This document shows, in pieces, positions 19,114 to 27,211 of a stretch of DNA of 64,000 nucleotides. The stretch covers positions 251,276 to 315,275 of the forward strand of contig DAIDHJ010000001.1 of NCBI GenBank assembly GCA_027451965.1, in the 5' to 3' direction. Each line of letters starts with the position of its first letter. Position 1 is the first letter of the stretch. The notes below the pieces were generated by a model. That model searched no databases and was not told the origin of the DNA. It saw only the letters and a list, made by a program, of their open reading frames with translations. The position numbers were made by a program, and so were the translations under genes. Source of the stretch: Candidatus Adlerbacteria bacterium. Lineage in GTDB: Bacteria; Patescibacteriota; Minisyncoccia; Phycocordibacterales; SBAW01.

Positions 19114-19361
19114 GCGAGTTTTAGTTTCGATTTAAAGCATCCCATCAACTCTCGCTTCTCCTCGTTGGTACCCTCTTTGAGTATGTACTTCGCGTAAGTG
19201 CGCAGGTCGATGTCCTCGTGCGTAGCGTCCGCTTTCGAGAAGTCGAGTACTGTGCGCTGGAAAACCCTTATAGGGCTTGGAGTCTTGCGTACTAACTGTG
19301 ATATGCTCGCAGAAAGATTAAGAATATTATTTAATCTATACAAAAATATATTTTCATTTTT

Positions 19362-19763
19362 ATGAAAACATACGAACAATATCGTGAATACAGAAAACCC
19401 TCATGGGCGCCTCCAGCACGGCTTTTTGGTCCCGTATGGACCGTACTCTATATCCTTATCGCTATATCGTTTTGTTATGTCGGTTATCTATGGATTATTG
19501 GTCGTGTACCAATGCAAGTTGCATTACCGTTTATACTCAACCTCGTATTCAATTTTCTATTTACTACCGTTCAGTTTAAATGGCGGAATTTTAAAGCAGC
19601 TTTCATTGATATAATCTTTGTTTTAGGCACTCTTATATGGGCGATGATATCGATATGGCCAATAGAGCAGTGGGTAGTGTATATCAATATTCCATATGTT
19701 ATATGGGTATCGTTTGCAACGGTGTTGCAATTTAGTGTGACAAGGATGAACTCTCAGGTATAA
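19362..19763 (+). CDS. TspO/MBR-like membrane protein (short form)
   Basis: FGPVWTVLYILIAIS and LPFILNLVFNFLFTTVQF resemble the TspO tryptophan-rich sensory protein helices. At 133 aa it is shorter than canonical TspO (about 155-160 aa). Confidence 0.45.
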   Translation: MKTYEQYREYRKPSWAPPARLFGPVWTVLYILIAISFCYVGYLWIIGRVPMQVALPFILNLVFNFLFTTVQFKWRNFKAAFIDIIFVLGTLIWAMISIWPIEQWVVYINIPYVIWVSFATVLQFSVTRMNSQV

Positions 19764-19770
19764 GCAAAGT

Positions 19771-20280
19771 ATGAGGAAAATTTGTGTTAACGATAAAATG
19801 CAACACGGTTACCAATATGAATTGGTAGAGCCGCCCGGAAGACATTTTGATCCTCGATTTAAACCAGAACTTACACCAAAACAAATGCTTACCCTCGGTG
19901 TGTTTGGTGGTGTGTATATGCGTGATTGCGTTAAAGAGTTTCCCAAGGAGTGGTTCTTGAAAGCTAAATTTCAGAAACAAGGTTCTTATGACCATGATCC
20001 TAAGCTCAATTTCTTCGGTGTTAATGCTAGCCAATCACTCTCAGTGTGGCGCAAGAAAAATTGGATTCATAAAGATGATCCGCGCGGCTGGTTTCAGTGG
20101 TACTGCCGATATTACATGGGGCGCCGTGGACCAGATGATGATCGGCAGATAAAACGCTGGATGGCGATTTATCGCCACATTGCTCAAATCAAAAAACATT
20201 GTCGTACTGGTGATTTCAATTGTCATCGGAAACAGAGACAAGCCCTACTTCATTGGGCGTATGACAGTAGAAAACTGTAA
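19771..20280 (+). CDS. conserved hypothetical protein, Trp/Arg-rich
   Basis: 169-aa ORF with GVFGGVYMRDC and WFQWYCRYYMGRRGPDDDRQIKRW motifs. No family confidently recognised. Confidence 0.45.
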   Translation: MRKICVNDKMQHGYQYELVEPPGRHFDPRFKPELTPKQMLTLGVFGGVYMRDCVKEFPKEWFLKAKFQKQGSYDHDPKLNFFGVNASQSLSVWRKKNWIHKDDPRGWFQWYCRYYMGRRGPDDDRQIKRWMAIYRHIAQIKKHCRTGDFNCHRKQRQALLHWAYDSRKL

Positions 20281-20399
20281 ATTGTCTAAAATCTATTTAT
20301 TTCAGGTTACCTATCCCAAGCTCTCTTTCGGGAGTTATGCACACCTCTAGCAATAGGGTACTTGTAAGCATCATTATGCTGCTTTAAGATGTATAGGGT

Positions 20400-21158
20400 A
20401 TGAAAAATACTCCAGAAAATAAAGGGTATATAGGAGCGATACGCCTCCTACGGGATAAGCCAGAGTGGGCACCTATTATTGCCGCAGCCGTTGAAAGTGC
20501 AAAAACGATCAAGGGCGGATTTGCGGGTTCCTGGGTGCTCGATCTTGCAAAGCAAAAAGGAGTTTCCTGGATACCAGGCCTTCGTACGCTCGTCGCATAT
20601 GGCATTTTACAAAAAGAAGGAGCATCGACTCGCGGCGGTCGTCGAGCGTACTACACCATGCCCGATGTCGCAGGGGTAGAACAAGCACTCAATGAAATAC
20701 AAGTACCAAAGACCTTTACTCCGTATGCGGGATATCAAATAGGTGACTCCGGTGTCATACAAGCAACAAAAGTGCGCATACCATTTTTTGCGAACCTCGC
20801 AGCATGCGGAGGACCGAATATGAGTGAAGCGGTAGTCGATGATTACATCGATGTCGATACTCGTTTAGCACGTCCAGGACATCAGTACTATTTGGTACGC
20901 GCTGACGGAGATTCTATGGATCTTGCTGGCATACATTCAGGAGACTTTGTGCTCGTTCGAGTACAGAACCATGCAGATGTAGGACAGAAAGTAGTTGCAT
21001 CTCTTGCCGATGGAGTAACGATCAAGGAATTGCAGTACGGGGGAGATCACATCATTCTCATGCCTCGCTCGAGCAATACGGAACATAAACCAATGGTATT
21101 AAAAGATAACGTAGCGATTCAGGGTGTGGTAATCGGTACCATCCCTGGATTCAAATAA
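20400..21158 (+). CDS. LexA/CI-like S24 peptidase-family transcriptional repressor
   Basis: C-terminal S24 domain with an Ala-Gly cleavage-site-like LAACGGP, the Ser motif ADGDSM, and a Lys in PMVLKDNVAIQGVVIGT. The N-terminal 90 aa is a non-canonical probable winged-helix domain. Confidence 0.65.
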   Translation: MKNTPENKGYIGAIRLLRDKPEWAPIIAAAVESAKTIKGGFAGSWVLDLAKQKGVSWIPGLRTLVAYGILQKEGASTRGGRRAYYTMPDVAGVEQALNEIQVPKTFTPYAGYQIGDSGVIQATKVRIPFFANLAACGGPNMSEAVVDDYIDVDTRLARPGHQYYLVRADGDSMDLAGIHSGDFVLVRVQNHADVGQKVVASLADGVTIKELQYGGDHIILMPRSSNTEHKPMVLKDNVAIQGVVIGTIPGFK

Positions 21159-21378
21159 ATATATGTATCACCATATAGAAGAATCAATCATGCTGGGCGA
21201 GAATCTCCGTCGTAAGAAGATGCTGCAGGAGGTAATAAAAATGCGCAAAAAGGTCATTGATCGATTCAGCGTCATGTACGTAGGCTAAATAGCCTTGTAA
21301 TTCAAATGCTTTTTCCTTCCACAAGAATATACTGCTAGATCCTAATGGTATATCCTACCTGTGCTACGCTATATACAT

Positions 21379-22014
21379 ATGAAACGAATACTATATATAC
21401 TAAGCGCGCTCAGTATTACCCTTATGCCGGTCGGATTTGCATTTGCACAGGAGTGGGGAACACCACCACCTCCTCATATGCAACCCAATACCTCCAATGA
21501 ACAGCGGCAAGGACCCGGACCAGCAATGATGGGCGAACCGCAAAATACCCAGCAAGGTGAATACATGATGGGCGGACAACCAGGAGATGTTCAGCAAGGA
21601 GAGAACAGAATGCCACCTCCGCCACCGCAGTACTTGAACCAAGGTTCTTCAACAGACGCCAGCTCCACTCCAGGGAGGTATGGTATGCCCTGGATGCGAG
21701 GCATAAAGCGAGGCATTGAAGCACATTTCGGTACCACCACACCGCCAGGATTCTTCATGCATGCCAGCAGCTCAGACGCAGTTGGCAGCAGCTCACCCGA
21801 TCATCGCGGATGGCTTCCTCCTGTGCCGGGATTCTTGCAATGGCTTTTCTTCGGCAAGCAGAGTTCCACCACACAATCGCAACAGCAGCTTCCGCCACCT
21901 CCACAAAACCAACCAGAAAATAATACCAGTTCCTCAACACAGCCACAGCAACAATTACCCGGCCCAGCATCGTTCTGGAATGGATTCTTTGGACGCCTAA
22001 AAACCTTATTCTAA
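21379..22014 (+). CDS. secreted Pro/Gln/Gly-rich low-complexity protein
   Basis: Signal peptide MKRILYILSALSITLMPVGFAFAQE, then PPPP/QQ/MMG low-complexity repeats. ATG at 21379 preferred over 21361. Confidence 0.5.
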   Translation: MKRILYILSALSITLMPVGFAFAQEWGTPPPPHMQPNTSNEQRQGPGPAMMGEPQNTQQGEYMMGGQPGDVQQGENRMPPPPPQYLNQGSSTDASSTPGRYGMPWMRGIKRGIEAHFGTTTPPGFFMHASSSDAVGSSSPDHRGWLPPVPGFLQWLFFGKQSSTTQSQQQLPPPPQNQPENNTSSSTQPQQQLPGPASFWNGFFGRLKTLF

Positions 22015-22100
22015 GCATCTTTTGACCGCTACTCTATTCTGTTCTAGAGTGCCCTGCAGAGTAGTACACTAGCTATACCTTCCAAGAAAGGAGCTCATAT

Positions 22101-23072
22101 ATGGACTGGACACAACCGGCATACAATCGATTGCCCGACCCGCTGTTTGAGTTTCCCGTCGATGATTTTAGCTTGCCAGTCATTGAGCTGCCTGCTGAAA
22201 TATTTCTTTCGTCGCCACTCCACGGCAAGCAGATACGTATTTACGCCTTGCTCGGATTCATGGCGCCCCCGGGAAACATCAAGCGTATTCCCGCGGGATA
22301 CACGATCGAGAAACTCATCGAGCGGGGCGAGCTCAAACCAGGAGACGGAGTGATTGATTCTTCTTCGGGGAACTGGGGAGTTTCTGTCGCGTTCTACGGA
22401 AAGCGGTATAACCTCCGGGTGATCATTGTCGTTTCAGACAAGGTCCCTGAAGGGAAACTTCTTCCGATTCGGCGGCAAGGAGCAACCATCCTCAAAGAGT
22501 CAGAAGCGGTCAAAGCGCTCGGTCTGGAGAACTCTCCGGGTTGTATGGAACTTGCTCGTCTCTATGCTGAAAAGCATGGATTGAATTATCTCAATCAGTA
22601 CGGCAATCCGCTCAACCCTGAAAGTTACGAAGTGCTGGTAGCGCCTCACCTGTACGAAGGAACCAAGGGAAACATAAGCCTTTCGGTTTCTGCGACGGGT
22701 ACGAGAGGAACACAACTCGGGTTGGGACGGTACTTCAAGAAACAAAACAAAACCTTCCAAATCGTTTCCACCTTCCCGTATCTGGGACAAGAGATCGAGG
22801 GTACTCGAGACGAACGCCGGCTCAAAGAAGTGAATCAGCCGGATATTGCTGACTATCGAGATCCGATCGATCATCGCGTCGCACGGGCAGCCAGCGCTTT
22901 TCTCAACGAAAAGGGCATCCCCGCCGGACCAAGCTCCGGCGCCGCGCTCGGCTCACTCGAGCATTATCTGCTCCAGCGTGTGGTGGCGGGAACGCTTGAT
23001 GAACTGCGCAGTCCGGATGGCACCATTGGCGCCATCCTCACCTTCGCTGATACGCTCTATCCGTACAGTTAG
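22101..23072 (+). CDS. PLP-dependent enzyme, cysteine synthase/CBS (fold type II) family
   Basis: SSGNWG (compare CysK SGNTG) and GPSSGAA glycine-rich loops. A candidate PLP lysine lies in NIKRIP. Confidence 0.55.
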   Translation: MDWTQPAYNRLPDPLFEFPVDDFSLPVIELPAEIFLSSPLHGKQIRIYALLGFMAPPGNIKRIPAGYTIEKLIERGELKPGDGVIDSSSGNWGVSVAFYGKRYNLRVIIVVSDKVPEGKLLPIRRQGATILKESEAVKALGLENSPGCMELARLYAEKHGLNYLNQYGNPLNPESYEVLVAPHLYEGTKGNISLSVSATGTRGTQLGLGRYFKKQNKTFQIVSTFPYLGQEIEGTRDERRLKEVNQPDIADYRDPIDHRVARAASAFLNEKGIPAGPSSGAALGSLEHYLLQRVVAGTLDELRSPDGTIGAILTFADTLYPYS

Positions 23073-23078
23073 AACACA

Positions 23079-23107
23079 AGACCGCCAGTACTGGCGGTCT
23101 TTTTTTA
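23079..23107 (+). terminator. intrinsic terminator
   Basis: agaccgccagt / actggcggtct perfect palindromic stem followed by ttttttt. Confidence 0.6.
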
Positions 23108-23145
23108 GAGCAAGATTCGGATTTCCATGAGAAGGTAACTCACGT

Positions 23146-23982
23146 ATGCTGTGGCATATGGCGCAGTACCACACTATCGCTAAGGCACTTGCGTACCTGT
23201 ACGAACATCAAGAGGAACAGCCGACATTAGCTGCAGTAGCTCGGCATGTACATCTCAGTCCGTATCATTTTCAGCGGCTATTTACCCAATGGGCGGGAGT
23301 AAGTCCAAAAACATTTCTGCAGTATCTCAGCATTGAACGGGCGAAAGGGCTTCTCGCATATCATTCAACCCTTCGTGCAGCTCACAAGGCAGGACTCTCC
23401 GGTACCGGACGACTGCATGACCTCTTTATGCATATCGAAGGCATGACTCCCGGGGAGTATAAACGGGGAGGAGCAGGTCTCACTATTGCCTACACCTGTG
23501 GCATTTCACCGTTTGGTACGTATCTCGTTGCCGCTACAGCAAAAGGCGTTTGCAATCTGTTTTTCTATGACGGCACCGCCAAGCATGCCATAGCACAGCT
23601 GCGATCATACTGGCCGCAGGCACGGCTGATGCATAAGAAAGTGCCACTGCATGCTGCGGTGCATACGCTCCTTACGACAAAAAAACGCACTCGCATACTG
23701 TTACACGTGCGTGGCACGCCGTTTCAACTCAAAGTCTGGCAGGCGCTCCTCTCTATTCCAGAAGGATCGCTCGCCTCATACCAGCAGGTTGCGCGTGACG
23801 TTAAAGCGGTGAACGCTTCACGAGCAGTAGGGAACGCCGTCGCGCATAATCCGGTGGCATACCTTATCCCATGCCACCGCGTCATCAAAACGCTGGGCGT
23901 GATCGGTTCATATCATTGGGGCGAAGCGCGAAAGCTAGCACTTATCGGCACGGAAGCGGCACGGACGCATACATCGCATTGA
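23146..23982 (+). CDS. ada: AraC-family HTH fused to methylated-DNA-protein-cysteine methyltransferase (Ada-like)
   Basis: N-terminal AraC-type HTH (LAAVARHVHLSPYHFQRLFTQWAGVSPKTFLQYLSIERAK). C-terminal MGMT domain with the active site IPCHRVI. Confidence 0.7.
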   Translation: MLWHMAQYHTIAKALAYLYEHQEEQPTLAAVARHVHLSPYHFQRLFTQWAGVSPKTFLQYLSIERAKGLLAYHSTLRAAHKAGLSGTGRLHDLFMHIEGMTPGEYKRGGAGLTIAYTCGISPFGTYLVAATAKGVCNLFFYDGTAKHAIAQLRSYWPQARLMHKKVPLHAAVHTLLTTKKRTRILLHVRGTPFQLKVWQALLSIPEGSLASYQQVARDVKAVNASRAVGNAVAHNPVAYLIPCHRVIKTLGVIGSYHWGEARKLALIGTEAARTHTSH

Positions 23983-24014
23983 TTCGCACTGCGGATTGGC
24001 TTACAGTAAGAACG

Positions 24015-25259
24015 ATGCCCAAGCTCATTGCTCGTATTTCTGTTGCATTCCTCTCTCTCCTCATCCTCGCACTCACCTTTATTCTGCCGCTGCGTTCCAT
24101 CCGTGCCCATGCTCAGCAGGTGGCGACTACACAAAATCCAAACAGCGCTCAAATCGCCCAGCTGCAACAGGAAATCGCCCAGCTGCAAACGCTCATTGAT
24201 TTCACCAAACAACAAAAACAGACACTCCAGACGGCTATCAAAGGTCTCAATCTCAACATAGAGGTAATAGGGAAGCATGTAGCGCTTACTCAGGCGCAAA
24301 TTAATCAAACCACGCAAGAGATCGGCGTGCTCTCTGGAAACATCTCGACTACCAATGGAAAAATTTCTTCTGAACAGCAGGGAGTAGCAACCACGCTTAA
24401 GCAGCTCAATGAACTGGATGCCGAACCCCTCTCAGTGATGCTGCTCTCCGGTACGTCTCTTTCGGCATTCTTTGGACAGGAAAGCAATCTCGCTGCCGTA
24501 CGAGATGGGCTGGATACGCAGATCCACAATCTCGGCATTTTGGAAGGAAGCTTACAGACCACTAAGTCTGCGGATGAACAGACGCGCCAGCAGCTCACGA
24601 CGCTCCATCAAACGCTGGCAAGTCAGGAAGAAAATCTTGCCGCGGCACGCAATGCGAAAACACAACTACTCGCGGAGACAGACAACAAAGAATCTAATTA
24701 CGAAACATTGCTTACTGAAGCGAAAGCGCAGCTTGCCAGCTTCTCCGCCTTCACCCAGAATGCTGGAGGATCAAAACTGCTCGGCAATCAGACAAGTTGC
24801 GACGCGTGGGGATGCTATTACAACCAACGCGATACTGCATGGGGAAGCGACTCACTCAACGGCACAAAGTACGATCTTGCCAGCGATGGCTGTCTTATCA
24901 CCTCTATGGCCATGGTATTCACGCATTATGGCTACAAAGATGTAACGCCGGTCACTATCAATGCGAATCCGAACAACTTCGCATCCTATTTTCCGGCGTA
25001 TTTGCTCTATACCATTTACGCTGACGGCGTGAGTGCGACCAGAAGAGTGGCAAGTATCGATCGAACACTCGCCGGAGGCGATCCGGTTATCGTGGGACTG
25101 CATGCCTATGGTGGTACTCACTTTGTGGTACTTACGCAAGGAAGCCACGGCAATTATATTATGCGCGATCCTTACGTTGCCGATGGAAAAGATATTCCAT
25201 TTTCTAGCCATTATTCGCTGCGAGAAATCTATTACGCGGCAAAAGTGATTATCGGTTAA
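24015..25259 (+). CDS. PcsB-like secreted coiled-coil protein with C-terminal CHAP/C39-like cysteine peptidase domain (putative peptidoglycan hydrolase)
   Basis: Signal/TM segment, a roughly 250-aa Gln-rich coiled coil, and a C-terminal domain with the candidate catalytic Cys (DGCLITSMAMV) and His (GGTHFVVL). Start at the ATG at 24015; the ORF-track start at 23871 overlaps the ada-like gene. Confidence 0.6.
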   Translation: MPKLIARISVAFLSLLILALTFILPLRSIRAHAQQVATTQNPNSAQIAQLQQEIAQLQTLIDFTKQQKQTLQTAIKGLNLNIEVIGKHVALTQAQINQTTQEIGVLSGNISTTNGKISSEQQGVATTLKQLNELDAEPLSVMLLSGTSLSAFFGQESNLAAVRDGLDTQIHNLGILEGSLQTTKSADEQTRQQLTTLHQTLASQEENLAAARNAKTQLLAETDNKESNYETLLTEAKAQLASFSAFTQNAGGSKLLGNQTSCDAWGCYYNQRDTAWGSDSLNGTKYDLASDGCLITSMAMVFTHYGYKDVTPVTINANPNNFASYFPAYLLYTIYADGVSATRRVASIDRTLAGGDPVIVGLHAYGGTHFVVLTQGSHGNYIMRDPYVADGKDIPFSSHYSLREIYYAAKVIIG

Positions 25260-25264
25260 CAAAG

Positions 25265-25294
25265 AAAACGGCCGGGAATATCCGGTCGTTTTTC
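25265..25294. terminator. bidirectional hairpin terminator
   Basis: aaacggccgg / ccggtcgttt (one mismatch) with a gaatat loop. T-run on the + side (tttttc), and on the minus strand ttttctttg. Confidence 0.5.
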
Positions 25295-25309
25295 ATGTAC
25301 CGCATATGT

Positions 25310-25615
25310 TTAGCGGCGGATGATGGTAATGGTTATTTGGAGAATGTCCATGAGATCCTTTCTGAGATCTTCCATCCGTTGATTCCTGATGAGGTAGTGC
25401 TCATTTTTTGAACAGTGGACCACAATGCGTGTGCCGGCAGAAAAGGGGTATATGCCGAGTGAATTATGCCACCGTTCCTGAAGCAGGTTTGACCAGTTAC
25501 CAGGCGCTCTACTGAGGGGTGTTTCCGGAATCCAGGCTTGTATCAAGCGTTCCGCACCCATCGGTTGAATAGTGCCTCGCTCTTCAGGGACGGCACGTTT
25601 TTTTGATCGATGCAT
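25310..25615 (-). CDS. hypothetical protein (101 aa), in frame with the upstream CofE-like gene across a TAG stop
   Basis: ORF in the same frame as 25663..26367, separated by a TAG at 25663-25665 and 15 further codons. Ends at the bidirectional terminator. Confidence 0.3.
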   Translation of the reverse strand: MHRSKKRAVPEERGTIQPMGAERLIQAWIPETPLSRAPGNWSNLLQERWHNSLGIYPFSAGTRIVVHCSKNEHYLIRNQRMEDLRKDLMDILQITITIIRR

Positions 25616-25662
25616 TGCACAACTCCTGCAATGAAAGGAAAGTGCTCTGCTGCAATAGTACG

Positions 25663-26367
25663 CTATGCTGCTCGAATAATAAAGAAAGGAGTCATCTCTG
25701 CACCTTGTCCTGCAGGATTGTCTCGCAGGACTTCCTGGATAAATGATTCGGATATCGCACGATTCGATTTTCCGAGTGAAAACGCACCGATATAGTTTGC
25801 ATCTACGATGACCGTATCATAGCCGAACAGGTCGCGTAATTCCCGCGCAACACGATCAGGATGAAGCGGCGCGCGTTTTGCATAGCGGGTATACGGTTCC
25901 AGATCCCATGACATAGGACAATCCACCGATTTGGCGAGTTTTCCACTGATGCGGTAGAACATACCTTTAATCCCAAGCGGTTTAGTAAGTGCGGCAACGA
26001 AGGCGGCGAACAACACGCGTAAGACCCCCGCTTCTTCTATGAACAGCTGCATGCCCTCCGGAGTGCCATGTCCGTAGCCGCGAAACTCTTTGGTATTTCG
26101 TTTGTTGTCGACATGGTCGGAGAGGAATTGCGCGAGCCGTGATGCATGCACCGATGCTATCGGTATGATCCGGTCTTGCACCGTCGCGACGATTTTTTCG
26201 CTAATGAAGATGACATCTTTTTGCTGTGCATGCGGCAGCACGTATTCCCGCACGAGATCCGGTAACGTATCCTTGTTGGTGATAAGCCGTGTCTTGATAG
26301 GGAGGCGCAGGTAGGCCCGGCCCTGTACCGTGCGCTCGAGCAGTTTTCCCTGATTTGGTTCTAGCAT
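25663..26367 (-). CDS. CofE-like protein (F420-0:gamma-glutamyl ligase family fold), function unknown
   Basis: DVIFISEKIVATVQDRIIP resembles the CofE/F420_ligase signature (V.V.SQKIVSKAEGR). Start at the ATG at 26367 (MLEPNQGKLL). Confidence 0.5.
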   Translation of the reverse strand: MLEPNQGKLLERTVQGRAYLRLPIKTRLITNKDTLPDLVREYVLPHAQQKDVIFISEKIVATVQDRIIPIASVHASRLAQFLSDHVDNKRNTKEFRGYGHGTPEGMQLFIEEAGVLRVLFAAFVAALTKPLGIKGMFYRISGKLAKSVDCPMSWDLEPYTRYAKRAPLHPDRVARELRDLFGYDTVIVDANYIGAFSLGKSNRAISESFIQEVLRDNPAGQGAEMTPFFIIRAA

Positions 26368-26390
26368 ACCTAGCACTATAATACAGATAT

Positions 26391-26756
26391 ATGCAGATAC
26401 GTGTGTGCATGGCAAAAATCCACCGCGCAACCGTCACCCAAGCAGACCTTAATTACGTGGGATCTATTACCATTGACGCGAAGCTCCTGGAAGCCAGCGG
26501 TATCCGTCCGTTTCAAATGGTAAACATCACCAATCTTGCAAACGGTGTGCTGTGGCAGACCTATGCTATCGCCGGCAAGCCGGGAGAAATGTGCCTCAAT
26601 GGTCCTCCGGCTCGACATTTTCAGCCAGGAGATAAAATCATCGTTATTGCCGATGCGTACATTACGCCGGAAGAATTACCCGAGCTTAATCCGACTGTCG
26701 TCTTTGTCGATGAACAGAATGCAATTACTGAGATAAAGCGACATAAAGCACTATGA
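26391..26756 (+). CDS. panD: aspartate 1-decarboxylase proenzyme
   Basis: KIHRATVTQADLNYVGSITID contains the Gly-Ser self-cleavage site. GKPGEMCLNGPPARHFQPGDKIIVIA matches the PanD core. 121 aa. Confidence 0.85.
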   Translation: MQIRVCMAKIHRATVTQADLNYVGSITIDAKLLEASGIRPFQMVNITNLANGVLWQTYAIAGKPGEMCLNGPPARHFQPGDKIIVIADAYITPEELPELNPTVVFVDEQNAITEIKRHKAL

Positions 26757-27208
26757 CGAGAACTATCGTTTTTGTTTTTCTCATTGCACTGTTAATCTTC
26801 TTGGGTATCGTACTCCTTATGCCACATACAACTGTCGCGCCAAGCGCATTGCCGACTCAGCAAATTACCATCGCAACAACCACACTCGCTGTCGAAGTGG
26901 CGCATACACCCACCGCTCGCGAGCAAGGTCTCTCTGGCCGTACTGGCTTGCCGGAAGGAAGAGGTATGCTATTCGCATTCGATACGCCAGGGGAGTACGG
27001 ATTCTGGATGAAGGATATGCAATTTCCGCTTGATATCATTTTTATCGACCAAAATCTCCATGTGATAAACATAGACAGCGATCTGTCACCGGCAACCTAT
27101 CCGCAGGTTTTTTATCCTCCTACCCCTGCATTGTATGTGCTTGAAGTTCCTGCTGGATTTGCAGCTACGCACGCTATTGTTCCAGGTTCTTCCGTTGTGC
27201 TACACTAA
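26753..27208 (+). CDS. DUF192 (COG1430) family protein
   Basis: N-terminal TM, then LAVEVAHTPTAREQGLSGRTGLPEGRGMLFAFD ... FPLDIIFID ... YVLEVPAG, the characteristic DUF192 pattern. ATGA overlap with the panD stop. Confidence 0.7.
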   Translation: MTRTIVFVFLIALLIFLGIVLLMPHTTVAPSALPTQQITIATTTLAVEVAHTPTAREQGLSGRTGLPEGRGMLFAFDTPGEYGFWMKDMQFPLDIIFIDQNLHVINIDSDLSPATYPQVFYPPTPALYVLEVPAGFAATHAIVPGSSVVLH

Positions 27209-27211
27209 GCC

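Noticed and set aside
19086-19379. 97-aa minus-strand ORF convergent on the ATPase gene
   Set aside because: Initiates with TTG overlapping the TspO-like gene start and overlaps the ATPase 3' end by 28 nt. There is no RBS. It is kept only as a low-probability possibility; the region is treated as a non-coding spacer.
21190-21288. 32-codon ORF (MLGENLRRKKMLQEVIKMRKKVIDRFSVMYVG) in the lexA-like downstream spacer
   Set aside because: Too short, no RBS, and no supporting signal. It may simply be 5' UTR of the secreted-protein gene.
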